This document shows positions 39,816 through 51,109 of a stretch of 64,000 nt of DNA, piece by piece. The notes under the pieces are model-generated. The model made no database searches, was not told the origin of the DNA, and saw only the letters and a list, made by a program, of their open reading frames with translations. The stretch covers positions 1,426,001 to 1,490,000 of the forward strand of contig JASTWF010000034.1 in assembly GCA_030390025.1 (NCBI GenBank). The letters are read 5' to 3'. Made by a program: the position numbers and the translations under genes. How positions within the stretch are numbered: position 1 is the first letter of the stretch; each line of letters begins with the position of its first letter. Source of the stretch: Squalus acanthias. Its lineage: Eukaryota.

Positions 39816-40717
39816 TCATCCTTTAATGAATTTTACAATCACATTAAAGGCATATTTCCCCACATTCTTCAACTGCTCTCTGAACTTAGTCTGTGTCACG
39901 GCGTAAATCCCAGTGTTTGTGCAGCAACTCAGCAGCTGCAGCATGAATCCCAGTTCCATAACATAATACGGTAGAAATACAGACACAGGTCCCAACCAGA
40001 ACATCCGGCTCCATATAGAAAACACCATAAACACTGCCCATAACAGGATGAAATTGCCGGAGATAACAAGCAGTAAAATGATGGATTTCCTGCGGCTCTC
40101 CATCTCTGGGTCTCTGGGACTCTCCCCACTGCTGGGACCCCGGAGTCTCCTGCGGGCTCTGCTGCCCACTAAAATGTGTCTGACGGTGACAGCATTGAGC
40201 AGCACAATCACCACAAATGGGACACACGGGGTGAGAATATAATGAAGGAGCTCGATTGTTACCCAGACCCGTGAATACGCAACATCCATTGTGACCTCAC
40301 AAAACCAGGGGTCGTTCAGAAACCAATACCGACCTGTGAACATAAAATACCAGGTGATGTTCTTTAAAGCGCTCAGCACAGTCACTGTTCCCAGAACCAC
40401 AGCCGCCGTTTTCTCGGTGCAATATTTAGTTTTCAGCTTCTGGCAACAAATGGCCACAAATCGATCAAAGGTGAAAGTGACGGTGAACCAGACAGAACAG
40501 TCTGAGGCTGCGAACAGCAGGGCGGCGTGGATATTACACACGGGGATAGACTCCACGAAATCAAACTGTTCATCATAAACAATCGGAATTTGCCTCAATA
40601 TCAGGTCGAGGATAACGACCAGTAGATCCGCCGCTGCCATGGCCACCAGGTAGCGAGTGACACATTTGGAGAGACCGCACTTTCCCCGAGACAGGATCAC
40701 AATCGTCACTATGTTAA
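39816..40717 (-). CDS. GPR139-like class A orphan GPCR, coding exon 2 (end of TM1 to stop), intact
   Basis: Acceptor cctcacAG|TT AAC ATA GTG (phase 1); open for 299 codons; TM2 MAAADLLV, TM3 FTFDRFVAICC, TM7 SCCTNTGIYAVTQTKFREQ. Confidence 0.9.
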
Positions 40718-42029
40718 CTGTGAGGAAGGGAAATAAACAGGGAAATTATTCATCAGGCTGGGAGCAAAAGCAGCAGTTTGATGGAATTCGGGGTGAAATC
40801 TGCAACTCACGAGCGACATTGAATGATATAATCTAATCCTATTACCTGTGGAGCTGAATACAGGGCTTATTGTAAGAATAATCGGGAATACATTGTGGAA
40901 TCAGTAACTGAAATGGGAATAAATACAATATCAAAGTAACAGATGTTTGATCAAGGAGAGATTAAATGATCGATCTACATTTAGCCCAGCAGACAAAAGC
41001 ACCGACCGAGGTACCAGGGACACAAAGGACCAGACCCTCCCAGGAAGCCTTCGTGTCCCGGGATCAGTCAGCATTTGGAGCGGTGCAGTTCGCTTCTGTG
41101 CCCGTGTTAGGGAGGGGGAAATCCCGCTTGGATTCCTGCTCCTGGTCAGAATATCCATTCTATTTAGAACTGAAAATGAATGCAACAGCAAAATACAGAA
41201 ACTGCAACCTTGGCATGCAATAATTACAGGCAATTGTATGTAAAATGTACGGATGTAATCTGACAATGCTAAGATAATAAATACAAGTGCACTGCAGTTA
41301 TAAAGATAACTGGGCTATCAGATATGTTTTGAATATTGAGTTTACTGCATTTTTGTTGAAATACACAAATTCTAGCTCATTGAAAGGAAGATTTGCCAAG
41401 TAACATTGCAAATAATGGACTCTGAATTAAAGTAAATAGTGATGATTGACCAGGTAATGTCCCACTAAATGCATTTATCAGCATCGAAATCAGACAAATT
41501 AGCCCACAGGCAAAGTGCCGCCAAATGCTGTTGTGAAGTATCTGAACACAAATGGAAGAGATTTATCCTTCAACTTTTCAACTGTTGTTTCCAACTTGTG
41601 CAGAAAATAATATTAGACGAGAAGATATCAAAGGATTTTCTTATCCTCAGTACTTCAGTTACAATCAGCTGGGATTGTTTATCCTGAAGTGCAGCAGGAG
41701 GCAATAGAGAATCACTCTGGGTCTCACTGAGCGATCCACTGAACTGTGACAGACGGGCATGGGATCCAATTGTAAATTCAAAACAATGATCAGAAAGAAA
41801 TGTATTGAAATCTGGCTGAATGCACGTTTTGTGAGCATGTAAATTATCCTTGTAATCCTACTTTAACCATCAGAAGCAGTGCCAATAATGCAGAACTGGG
41901 GAGGTTGGGAAAGGAGACACTGACTGGAACTGAATGATTGGCGGATATTTCAGACATTTAAAGATGTGGATGTGATCTGACAGGATTTGTTCGTGTAACT
42001 CTGTAAGTAACCATACCAAGCATTAGGTG

Positions 42030-42168
42030 AAAAGAAACACAAAATACTGCGGATACTGGAAATCTGAAATGAAAACAGAAAATGTTGGAAATACTCAGCG
42101 GGTCAGGCAGCATCTGTGGAGAGAGAGAGAAACAGAGTTAACGTTTCAGGTCGATGGCCTTTCGCCAT
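42030..42168 (-). mobile_element. Penelope-type pLTR fragment (second family) with a truncated hammerhead motif
   Basis: Reverse complement matches 47190-47312; aggcc-atc-gacct-GAAA-cgtt-aac is kept while the CTGA core is damaged. Confidence 0.6.
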
Positions 42169-42971
42169 TAGGTGAAAAGTCTCCTAAACCAAGACAGCAT
42201 TCTTCTGATCTGATACAAATGTTCAGTGTCGGTAACAGACTGAAATTCGTTCAATAAAGAGTCACCTCTAATAAATTTACTTGAGTTGAACATTTGAATC
42301 TTGGTAACACGAATTCACCTTCAGAATCAATAGCTGACAGCAGCGCGGATGGGATGGGGAACGACAGAGAGAGAAACACAGATAATCATGGGGGGAAACG
42401 TCGGTTGGTTAGCACCTCCCCTGAGCACCTTCGGGGGGGTGGGGTAACGGGGCGATAGGAGCTTAGCCCCCGAGCGCTGCTATTTTAGCGCGGCTCACGA
42501 AATTGACCAGTCATTTTGCGCTGGCACTAAACACTGCCGCCACGATCTCCTGCGCCTGCAGATCGTGACATCAGTCGAGCGTGCAATGCCCTGGTAGCGC
42601 CCCGGACTGAAAATTGAGTCGCGTGCCCTGCCTTAGCCCCTGCCGCTAGGAACGACACGTAGATGGGGAATGTTTTCAAGTCGGGAAGGGGCTGAGGGAG
42701 CGCTATTTAAAGGCGGTTGCCTCCTGCCGTTTCTTGTCGGCGAAATTTTTGTTAGATGCAGGTTGAGAGACGTCTGGAGAGATTCGACGCTCACCGAAGG
42801 AGTTTTGGGTCCTGAGCACCAATTTGGAGGTTCATCTTTATTTCACCTTCCTTCTAACGATATTAATAAGCTTCGAAGGGGGCTGTACTAACTTGGGGCG
42901 TCGACGTCCAGCTTCACCTTCGGAGGCAGCAGAGGCGCAGAAAGAGAGAGAGTGGCAAACGTGACCAGAGG

Positions 42972-43525
42972 GTGTGTGACCACAGACAGCTCATACTCGC
43001 CATTAATGCCCGCTATCCTGGGAGCAGCCACAATGCTTTTATTCTGCACACATCTTCCAACCACCATGTCAACCTAGTGGATGGCTCCTCGGAGACAAGG
43101 GTTATCCACTCTGCACCTGGCTGAAGACACCGATCCATAACCCCAACACCCCTGCCGAACTGCAATACAATGAGAGCCATAGCGCCACCAGGAACATGAT
43201 AGAGCAGGCGTTCGGCGTCTTGAAACAACGGTTCCGCTTTCTAGATCACTCAGGAGGAGCCCTGCAATACTCTCCCGAGCGAGTCTCCCTCTTGATTGTT
43301 GTGTGCTGCATGCTTTATAACATTGCAATCATGAGGACCCAACCATTGCCACCAGGGATTGGTGCACCCCCTGAGGAGGAGGAGCAAGAGGGAGAGGCGG
43401 AGGAGGATGAGGAGGAGGAGGAGGAGGAGGAGGAGGAGGATCAGCAGCACCAACGTGGGAGGGAGGTGCACAATGTTGCCACTGAAAGGGCCGTCCGTGA
43501 ACGGCTCATAAGACACCGATTCTAA
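42972..43525 (+). pseudogene. Harbinger (HARBI1-like) DDE transposase C-terminal fragment
   Basis: [19 protein letters not shown], then [62 protein letters not shown] and an acidic tail; N-terminus absent. Confidence 0.88.
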
Positions 43526-43769
43526 CCCCTTACTGAGAAGATGGCTTCTGTGATGAAGAAGCACATCATTGAAAGCATCCCGCACACCCTATTGCTGGAC
43601 AAAGCTGCAATGAGTCAAATCAGAAAAGATGTAAAGTAACAATTAAAAAAATTAGTTGTGTTACCAACTCTGTGTCATTTATTCAGGACAAATAAATTGA
43701 AACAAACACAACAATTCATGAACTAACAAAACTCGTTCTCACAACATGGAGATGAGCGGGAAAACTGTC

Positions 43770-45020
43770 AACAAATAGTTGAATAGCCATTACTGTGTGC
43801 AGCCATGTGTTTGGCAGAGGTGCCTACCATAGTTGAATAGCCATTACTGTGTGCAGACATGTGTTTGGCAGAGGTGCCTACCATAGTTGAATAGCCATTA
43901 CTGTGTGCAGCCATGTGTTTGGCAGACGTGCCTACCATAGTTGAATAGCCATTACTGTGTGCAGCCATGTGTTTGGCAGAGGTGCCTACCATAGTTGAAT
44001 AGCCATTACTGTGTGCAGACATGTGTTTGGCAGAGGTGCCTACCATAGTTGAATAGCCATTACTGTGTGCAGCCATGTGTTTGGCAGAGGTGCTTACCAT
44101 AGTTGAATAGCCATTACTGTGTGCAGCCATGTGTTTGGCAGAGGTGCCTACCATAGTTGAATAGCCATTACTGTGTGCAGACATGTGTTTGGCAGAGGTG
44201 CCTACCATAGTTGAATAGCCATTACTGTGTGCAGACATGTGTTTGGCAGAGGTGCCTACCATAGTTGAATAGCCATTACTGTGTGCAGCCATGTGTTTGG
44301 CAGAGGTGCCTACCATAGTTGACTAGCCATTACTGTGTGCAGCCATGTGTTTGGCAGAGGTGCCTACCATAGTTGAATAGCCATTACTGTGTGCAGCCAT
44401 GTGTTTGGCAGAGGTGCCTACCATAGTTGACTAGCCATTACTGTGTGCAGCCATGTGTTTGGCAGAGGTGCCTATCATAGTTGAATAGCCATTACTGTGT
44501 GCAGCCATGTGTTTGGCAGAGGTGCCTACCATAGTTGAATAGCCATTACTGTGTGCAGCCATGTGTTTGGCAGAGGTGCCTTTCATAGTTGAATAGCCAT
44601 TACTGTGTGCAGCCATGTGTTTGGCAGAGGTGCCTATCATAGTTGAATAGCCATTACTGTGTGCAGACATGTGTTTGGCAGATATGCCTATTTTAGTTGA
44701 ATAGCCATTACTGTGTGCAGCCATGTGTTTGGCAGATTTGCCTCCCATAGTTGAATAGCCATTACTGTGTGCAGACATGTGTTTGGCAGATATGCCTATT
44801 ATAGTTGAATAGCCATTACTGTGTGCAGCCATGTGTTTGGCAGATTTGCCTCCCATAGTTGAATAGGCATTACTGTGTGCAGCCATGTGTTTGGCAGATG
44901 TGCCTATCATAGTTGAAAAGCCATTACTGTATACAGCCATGTGCTTGGCAGATGTGCCTACCACAGTTGAATAGCCGTTATTATGTGCAGCCATGTGTTT
45001 GGCAGATGTGCCTCCCATAG
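43770..45020. repeat. 54-bp minisatellite, highly homogeneous
   Basis: catagttgaatagccattactgtgtgcagccatgtgtttggcagaggtgcctac, about 23 units. Confidence 0.96.
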
Positions 45021-45024
45021 TATA

Positions 45025-45365
45025 TTTTTATTCGTTTATGGGATGTGGGCTTCGCTGGCATGGTTAGCATTTATTGCCCATCCCTAGTTGCCCTTGAGAA
45101 GGTGGTGGTGAGCTGCCTTCTTGAACCGCTGCAGTCCGTGTGGTGAAGGTACTCCCACATTGCTGTTAAGTAGGGAGTTACAGGATTTTGACCCAGCGAT
45201 GATGAAGGATCGGCAATATACTTCTAAGTCAGGATGGTGTGTGACTTGGAGGGGAACTTGAAGGTGGTGGTGTTCCCATGCGCCTGCCCTTGTCCTTCCA
45301 GGTGGAAGAGGTCGCGGGTTTGGGAGGTGCTGCCGAAGAAGCCTTGGTGAGTTGCTGTAGTGTAT
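45025..45365 (-). mobile_element. LINE (L2/CR1 group) 3'-end fragment
   Basis: Same terminus as at ~18680 and ~37440, extending into ORF-like sequence. Confidence 0.6.
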
Positions 45366-45531
45366 CTTGTTGAATAGCGGTTAATGTGTGCAAGGTGTGG
45401 GATGTGGATGTGTGTTTTATGAAATGGCCATAGGTTTGAATGAATGTTGGGCATTTGGGTTTGTAAACCCTCTGGGCACAGAGTGAAGTTGAGATGGAGG
45501 GATGTAGAGGTTTGGAAAAGCAAGTACTCAC

Positions 45532-45768
45532 CCTGACCACCCGAGTGAGCTCGTTGAACAACTTCTGACATTGGGTGTGGGTCCTGGGCACCAGGCCCCT
45601 CGGGGAGATGTGCTGAGCCACCTCCCTCCACACTCTTCTAAACTCCCGGGGCAATGGCCTCCTGTGCCTCACAGGGAACAACACTGCCCATCGCCGTTCC
45701 ACAGCGCCAACCAGAACCACCAAAGCCTCGTCGCTCAAGCCCCTAGCTCTTTCTCTGGGCCTCTCCAT
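45532..45768 (-). CDS. Harbinger-associated Myb/SANT-like (trihelix) DNA-binding protein, first exon; later exons not seen
   Basis: MERPRERARGLSDEALVVLVGAVERRWAVLFP..RRVWREVAQHI..RTHTQCQKLFNELTRVVR followed by a GTGAGT donor (79 codons). Confidence 0.75.
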
Positions 45769-45802
45769 TATTTTGAATTAATAACTGGACATAGATCCTT
45801 AC

Positions 45803-45893
45803 TAGGAACGCCGACAGCAGTGAGGAGGGGATAGTACATATTTTGTATATCATAACATATTCCTAATATCCTAAGCACTTCACCCCAATCTAT
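45803..45893 (-). CDS. GPR139-like GPCR first coding exon 1a (N-terminus and TM1 start); expected start reads ATA, in-frame ATG at 45839
   Basis: IDWGEVLRILGICYDIQNMYYPLLTAVGVP + A|GTAAGG; the phase-1 donor joins exon 2 in frame (VGVP-I-NIVTIVIL). Confidence 0.75.
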
Positions 45894-45899
45894 GCCTTC

Positions 45900-46070
45900 C
45901 CTTCTGTGAGTGTCTGGTGGTCTTTGTGCTGGGGGCAGCGCGCTGACTGTGTGAGGTGACACAGTGAAGGGAGCTCCTTATTTAGAGCAGAGGGAAATCC
46001 CCGAGTGACATCATTAGGCCTCACTGTAACTGGCATTAATTACATTCATTGAACAAACAGACTCATTGAA
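45900..46070 (-). promoter_or_regulatory. Putative 5'UTR/promoter of GPCR exon 1a
   Basis: TATA-like TAAATAAGG near 45976-45984; blocks gcagcgcgctga, gagggaaa.ccc and cattaattaca.tca.tgaacaaaca are shared with 61440-61660. Confidence 0.55.
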
Positions 46071-46087
46071 CCATTGTCACCACAACA

Positions 46088-47025
46088 CTTTACTCAACTA
46101 CCTCCTCTTTCACTATGACTTTGGCAGCAGATTCTTCCTTGCTAAAGACAGATGCAAAGTATTCATTTACTATCTCAGCCATGCCCTCTGCCTCCATTCG
46201 TAGGTCTCCTTTTTGGCCCTTAATCGGCCCCACCCCTCCTCTTACTGCCCGTTTAGTATTTATATGCCAAAAGAAGACTTTTGGATTCCATTTTATGTTA
46301 GCTGCCAATCTATTCTAATACTCTCTCTTTGCCCCTCTTATTTCCTTTTTCACTTCCTCCCTGAACTTTCTATATTCAGCCTGGTTCTCACTTGTATTCT
46401 GAACTTGACATCTGTCATACGCCCCATTTCTCTGCTTCCTCTTACTCTCTATCTTCCACTATCTCTTTCGTCATCCAGGGAGCTCTGGCTTTGGTTGCCC
46501 TACCTTTCCCCCTCGTGGGAATGTACCTCGATTGTACCTGAATCATCTCTTCTTTAAAGGCAGCCCATTGTTCAATGACAGTTTTGCCTGCCAATCTTTG
46601 ATTCCTTTTACCCAAGCCAGCTCCTTTCTCAACCCACTGAAATTGGCCCTCCTCCAATTAAGTATTTTTACTCTAGATTGCTCCTCGTCCTTTTCCATAG
46701 CTAATATAAACCTCATGATACTACGATCACCGTTCCCTGAATGCTCCCTTACTGAAATCTTCTCCACTTCACCTACCTCATTCCCCAGAACCAGATCCAG
46801 CAATGCCTCCTTCCTCTTTGGGCCAGAAATGCACCAATCAAGAAAGTTCTCTTGAACTCACAAAGGAAATTCTGTCCCCTCTCTTCCCTTTATACGATTA
46901 CTATCTCAGTCTATATTAGGATAACTGAAGTCCCCCATTATTACCACTCTATATTTCTTCCACCTTTCTGCAATTTCCCTGCAAATTTTCTCCTCTATTT
47001 CCTTCCCACTAGTTGGTGGCCTATA
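46088..47025 (-). mobile_element. CR1 ORF2 endonuclease/tether fragment
   Basis: LDLVLGNE..SVREHSGNGDRS..LNWRRANF..IKWNPKVFF..NEYFASVFSKE. Confidence 0.85.
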
Positions 47026-47046
47026 GAAGCGTTTTACAGCCAATGA

Positions 47047-47315
47047 TTCTGCCATTCCCATTTGCAACATTTAACCTCTCCTGCCTTCCACCCTATCACA
47101 GACCATCTCTTTTGTTCATTCCTCCCCCCGCCTTTCCCTGCCCCTACACCTGCTTACAATCTGTTACATCTCTAACTTTTTCCAGTTCTGCCGAAGGGTC
47201 ACAGACCTGAAACGCTAACTCTGTTTCTCTCCACGGATGCTGCCTGACCTGCTGAGTGTTTCCAGCATTTTTTGTTGTTATTTCAGCTTTCCAGCATCCG
47301 CAGTATTTTGCTATT
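47047..47315 (+). mobile_element. Penelope-type pLTR fragment with a mutated hammerhead (47184-47220)
   Basis: agtt-CTGCCGA-a-gggtc-aca-gacct-GAAA-cg-CT-aact: stems present, two core positions changed. Confidence 0.6.
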
Positions 47316-47329
47316 GTAAGGTCTAAGAT

Positions 47330-47790
47330 AAAAGAGAAAGAAAGACTTACATTTATATAGCGCCTTTCACGACCACCGGACGTCTCGAAGCGTTTTACAG
47401 CCAATGAATACTTTTGAAGTGTAGTCACTGTTGTCAGGTGAGAAAGGCGGCAGCCAATTTGCGCACAGCAAGCTCCCACAAACAGCAATGTGATAATGAC
47501 CAGATTAATAGTTTTTGTTATGTTGATTGAGCGATAATTATTGGCCAGGACACCAGGGATAACTTCACTACTCTTCATCGAACTAGTGCAATGGAATCTT
47601 TTACGTCCACCTGAGAGAGCAGTTTAACATCTCATCCGAAAGACGGCACCTCCAACAGTGCAGCACTCCCTCTGTACTGCACGGGAGTGTCAGCCTAGAT
47701 TTATGGGCTCAAGTCCCTGGAGCTTGGAACCCACAACCTCTGACTGAGAGGCGAGTGTGCTACCTACTGAGCCACAGCTGACACTGTCAG
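47330..47790 (-). mobile_element. tRNA-derived SINE with a Deu-like core (SacSINE1/AmnSINE1-like)
   Basis: aacatctcatccgaaagacggcacctccaacagtgcagcactccctc core, reverse tRNA-like head and atttatatagcgcctttc tail; a second copy lies at 49925-50605. Confidence 0.7.
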
Positions 47791-47799
47791 ATGGGTTTA

Positions 47800-48092
47800 C
47801 AGAGCATGTGTGTAAACGCACGAAGCGTGGTCAATAAGGTGGGTGAGCTGCAGGCGCAAATAGCCACATAGGAAAATGATGTCGTGATGATAACAGAGAC
47901 CTGGCTCAAAAAGGGCAGGATTGGGTACTAAATATTCCTGGATATAAGATGTTCGGGAAAGATAGGGAGGGAAAGAAAGGAGGTGGATTAACAGTATTGA
48001 TTAAGTAGAATATTAGTGCTGGAGAAAGAGGATGTCTTCGAGGGGTCAAGGACAGAATCTATTTGGTTAGAGTTAACAAACAATAGAGGTAC
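47800..48092 (+). mobile_element. CR1 ORF2 N-terminal endonuclease fragment
   Basis: NARSVVNK..ITETWL..LNIPGY..KDREGKKGGG. Confidence 0.75.
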
Positions 48093-48094
48093 CA

Positions 48095-48950
48095 TTACAC
48101 TGCTCCCTCCTCAATCCAGGAATGTGATTCCCAGGGCTGCCTAGATTACACTGCTCCCAACTCAATCCAGGAATTTCATTCCCAGGGCTGCCTAGATTAC
48201 ACTGCTCCCACCCCAATCCATGAATGTGATTCCCAGGACCACCTAGATTACACTGCTCCCACCTCAGTCCAGGAATTTCATTCCCAGGGCTGCCTAGATT
48301 ACACTGCTCCCACCCCAATCCAGGAATGTGATTCCCAGGACCGCCTAGATTACACTGCTCCCACCTCAATCTAGGAATTTCATTCCCAGGGCTGCCTAGA
48401 TTACACTGCTCCCACCCCAATCCAGGAATGTGATTCCCAGGACAGCCTAGATTACACTGCTCCCACCTCAGTCCAGGAATTTCATTCCCAGGACAGCCTA
48501 GATTAAACTGCTCCCGCCTCAGTCTAGGAATTTCATTCCCAGGGCTGCCTAGATTACACTGCTCCCACCTCAGTCCAGGAATTTCATTCCCAGGGCTGCC
48601 TAGATTACACTGCTCCCGCCTCAGTCCAGGAATTTCATTCCCAGGACAGCCTAGATTACATTGCTCCCGCCTCAATCCAGGAATGTGATTCCCAGGGCTG
48701 CCTAGATTACACTGCTCCCACCTCAATCCAGGAATGTGATTCCCAGGGCCGCCTAGATTACACTGCTCCCACCTCAATCCAGGAATGTGATTCCCAGGAC
48801 AGCCTAGAATACACTGCTCCCACCTCAATCCAGGAATTTCAGTCCCAGTGCTGCCTAGATTACACTGCTCCCACCTCAATCCAGGAATTTCGTTCCCAGA
48901 GTTGCCTACATTACACTGCTCCCGACTCAATCCAGGAATTTGATTCCCAG
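48095..48950. repeat. 51-bp minisatellite
   Basis: ccaggaatgtgattcccagggctgcctagattacactgctcccacctcaat; 17-aa period. Confidence 0.95.
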
Positions 48951-49189
48951 TTCATTTCTCAATTGCCTGAAACTAGAACAAGAACAAGAACAACATGTTT
49001 CTAAAGATTGAGTTTACCCAGACAAACATGTCATGGTTTTTGACCGAGGGGTATAATAATTAAAAGGAGCAAAGGGTTGATACCAAGGAATCAAAGGAAA
49101 ACGCTTAAAATATTAACCGCTGAGATAAATACCATGTAACCACCTTAATACTCCATAAACTCTCTGGAAACATTGTATTCTCGGATATT

Positions 49190-49770
49190 CATACTCACAG
49201 AATCATAACTATCAGTCAACATTCCCGAATCCTCCATCACCATCCCAGGCTCTGCACAGCCCCACAAGAGGTGGGGGCACAGTCGGGAGGGAGAAACCCT
49301 GTGAGTCCTCAGCATTGCCTATGCATATAATGAAGTCTGATGGCTTCCAGTCAGACATAGGCAAGGTAACTTCCTGCTGATTACCACCTACCGCCCTCCC
49401 TCAGCTGATGAATCGGCACATCTTCATGCTGAACACCAGTTGATGGGAGCACCGTGAGCAGAAAGGGCGCAAATTATACTCTGGGTCGGGAGGGGGAAAC
49501 TTCAATATCCATCTCGGAAGTACCATCATTAACCGAGCCCTGAAGAACACAGCTGCCAGACTGGGATTGCAGCAGGTGGTGGGTGAACCAAGATGAGAGA
49601 TTAGCCTGCTTGACCTCGTCCTCACCAACCTACTTATCGCATATGCATCTGTCTATATTGGTAGGACTGACCACTGCACAATATTTGTAGAGAATAAGTC
49701 TCGCCTTCACCCTGAGGACACCGTCCATCATATCATGTGCATCTACCATGGTGCCCAATGGAATGAAATT
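49190..49770 (+). mobile_element. Decayed LINE (L2/CR1 group) endonuclease fragment
   Basis: LLITTYRPPSADE..GNFN..QQVV.EP..LDLVLTN remnants. Confidence 0.6.
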
Positions 49771-49924
49771 AGACAGAGCCAAGCGATCCAACAACAAACA
49801 GATCAAATTATTTCAAAGCTGTCATATTCTGTCGTGAATGGTAATGCACATTTAAACAGTTTCCACATACCCCTGAAAATTTCTCCTTTTCAAGCAGATA
49901 TCCAATTACCTTTTGGAAGTTACC

Positions 49925-50605
49925 GTTAAGAAAGAAAGAACTGCATTGATATAGCGCTTTTCACAACCCTGGGATGTACCAAAGCGCTTTACAGCCAATG
50001 AAGTACTTTTGAAGTGTAGTCACTGTTGTAATGTATGAAACGCGGCACCCAATTTGCGCACAGCAAGCTCCCACAAACAGCAATGTGATAATGACCACAT
50101 AATCTGCTTTAGTGATGTTGATTGAGATAAATATTGGGTTAACTCTGCTGCTCTTCTTCAATATAATTCCATGGGATCTTTCACCTCCACCTTAGAGAAC
50201 AGACGGGGCCTCGTTTTAACGTCTCTTCCGAAAGACGGCCTCTCTGACAGTGCAGTGCTCCCTCAGTAATGCCCCTCTGACTGTGCAGTACTCCCCCAGT
50301 ACTGCCCCTCCAACACTGCAGCACTTCCTCAGTACTGCCCCTCCGACAGTGCAGTGTTCCCTCAGTAATGCCCCTCTGACTGTGCAGTGCTCCCTCAGTA
50401 CTGCCCCTCCAACACTGCAGTACTCCCTCAGTAATGCCCCTCTGACTGTGCAGTACTCCCTCAGTACTGCCCCTCCAACACTGCAGCGCTTCCTCAGTAC
50501 TGCAGTGGCGTGTGAGCCTAGATTTCTGTATCATGTCGCTGGAGTGGGACTTGAACCCACAACCTTCTAACACAGAGCCGAGAGTGCTATGAGCTGAGCC
50601 GATTG
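49925..50605 (-). mobile_element. Deu-like tRNA SINE with an internal 33-bp tandem expansion (50245-50505)
   Basis: Homologous to 47330-47790; cagtgcagtgctccctcagtactgcccctccga is repeated about eight times. Confidence 0.75.
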
Positions 50606-51109
50606 AATCTGCTCCCACCAGACCTTCCGAGTTCATTCCAGACATAAAAACTCACTGTGTGACCAAAGTTCTTCTCATCTGCCCCGTTTCATTTACCAAT
50701 TATCTTATATCTGTGCCCTTTTGGTAATGACATGGCAAGGAGTGCAAACAGTTTCTCCTTTCTTATTGTATGGAAACCCCTCATCATTTTGAACACTTCT
50801 ATTCAATCTCCCCCTAACCTTCTCTGCTATAAGGAGAAAAATCCCAGCTTCTCTCGTCTCCCCACATAACTGAAATCCCTCATCCCTGGTTCCATTATGG
50901 TAAATTTTCTCCACACAAGTGGCAGACGATGACCACCTCCAAGAAGAGGGAGTCTAACCACCTCCACTTGACAGTCAACGGCATTTACATCACCGAATCC
51001 TGCAACATCAAAATCCTAAGGATCGACATTGATCAGAAACTCAACTGCACCAGCCACATAAATGCCGTGGCTACTACATCAGGTCAATTTGTTTGCAGCG
51101 ATTTGAATC

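Larger units (their letters stand above)
42388..45770. mobile_element. Harbinger/PIF DNA transposon remnant (convergent transposase and Myb/SANT genes), with internal deletions and no recognisable right end
   Basis: Both diagnostic Harbinger ORFs lie tail to tail. The left boundary is inferred from the change in composition; TIRs were not confirmed. Confidence 0.72.

Noticed and set aside
38345..39906. 400-470 aa ORFs in several frames
   Set aside because: Artefact of a GC-rich 27-bp repeat open in nearly all frames.
40931..41266. Overlapping 85-111 aa ORFs in the GPCR intron
   Set aside because: No recognisable motifs or splice support.
43768..48930. MVGTSAKHMAAHSNGYST and GLRWEQCNLGSPGNEIP repeat proteins
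   Set aside because: Translations of the 54-bp and 51-bp minisatellites, with no unique flanking coding sequence or splice context.
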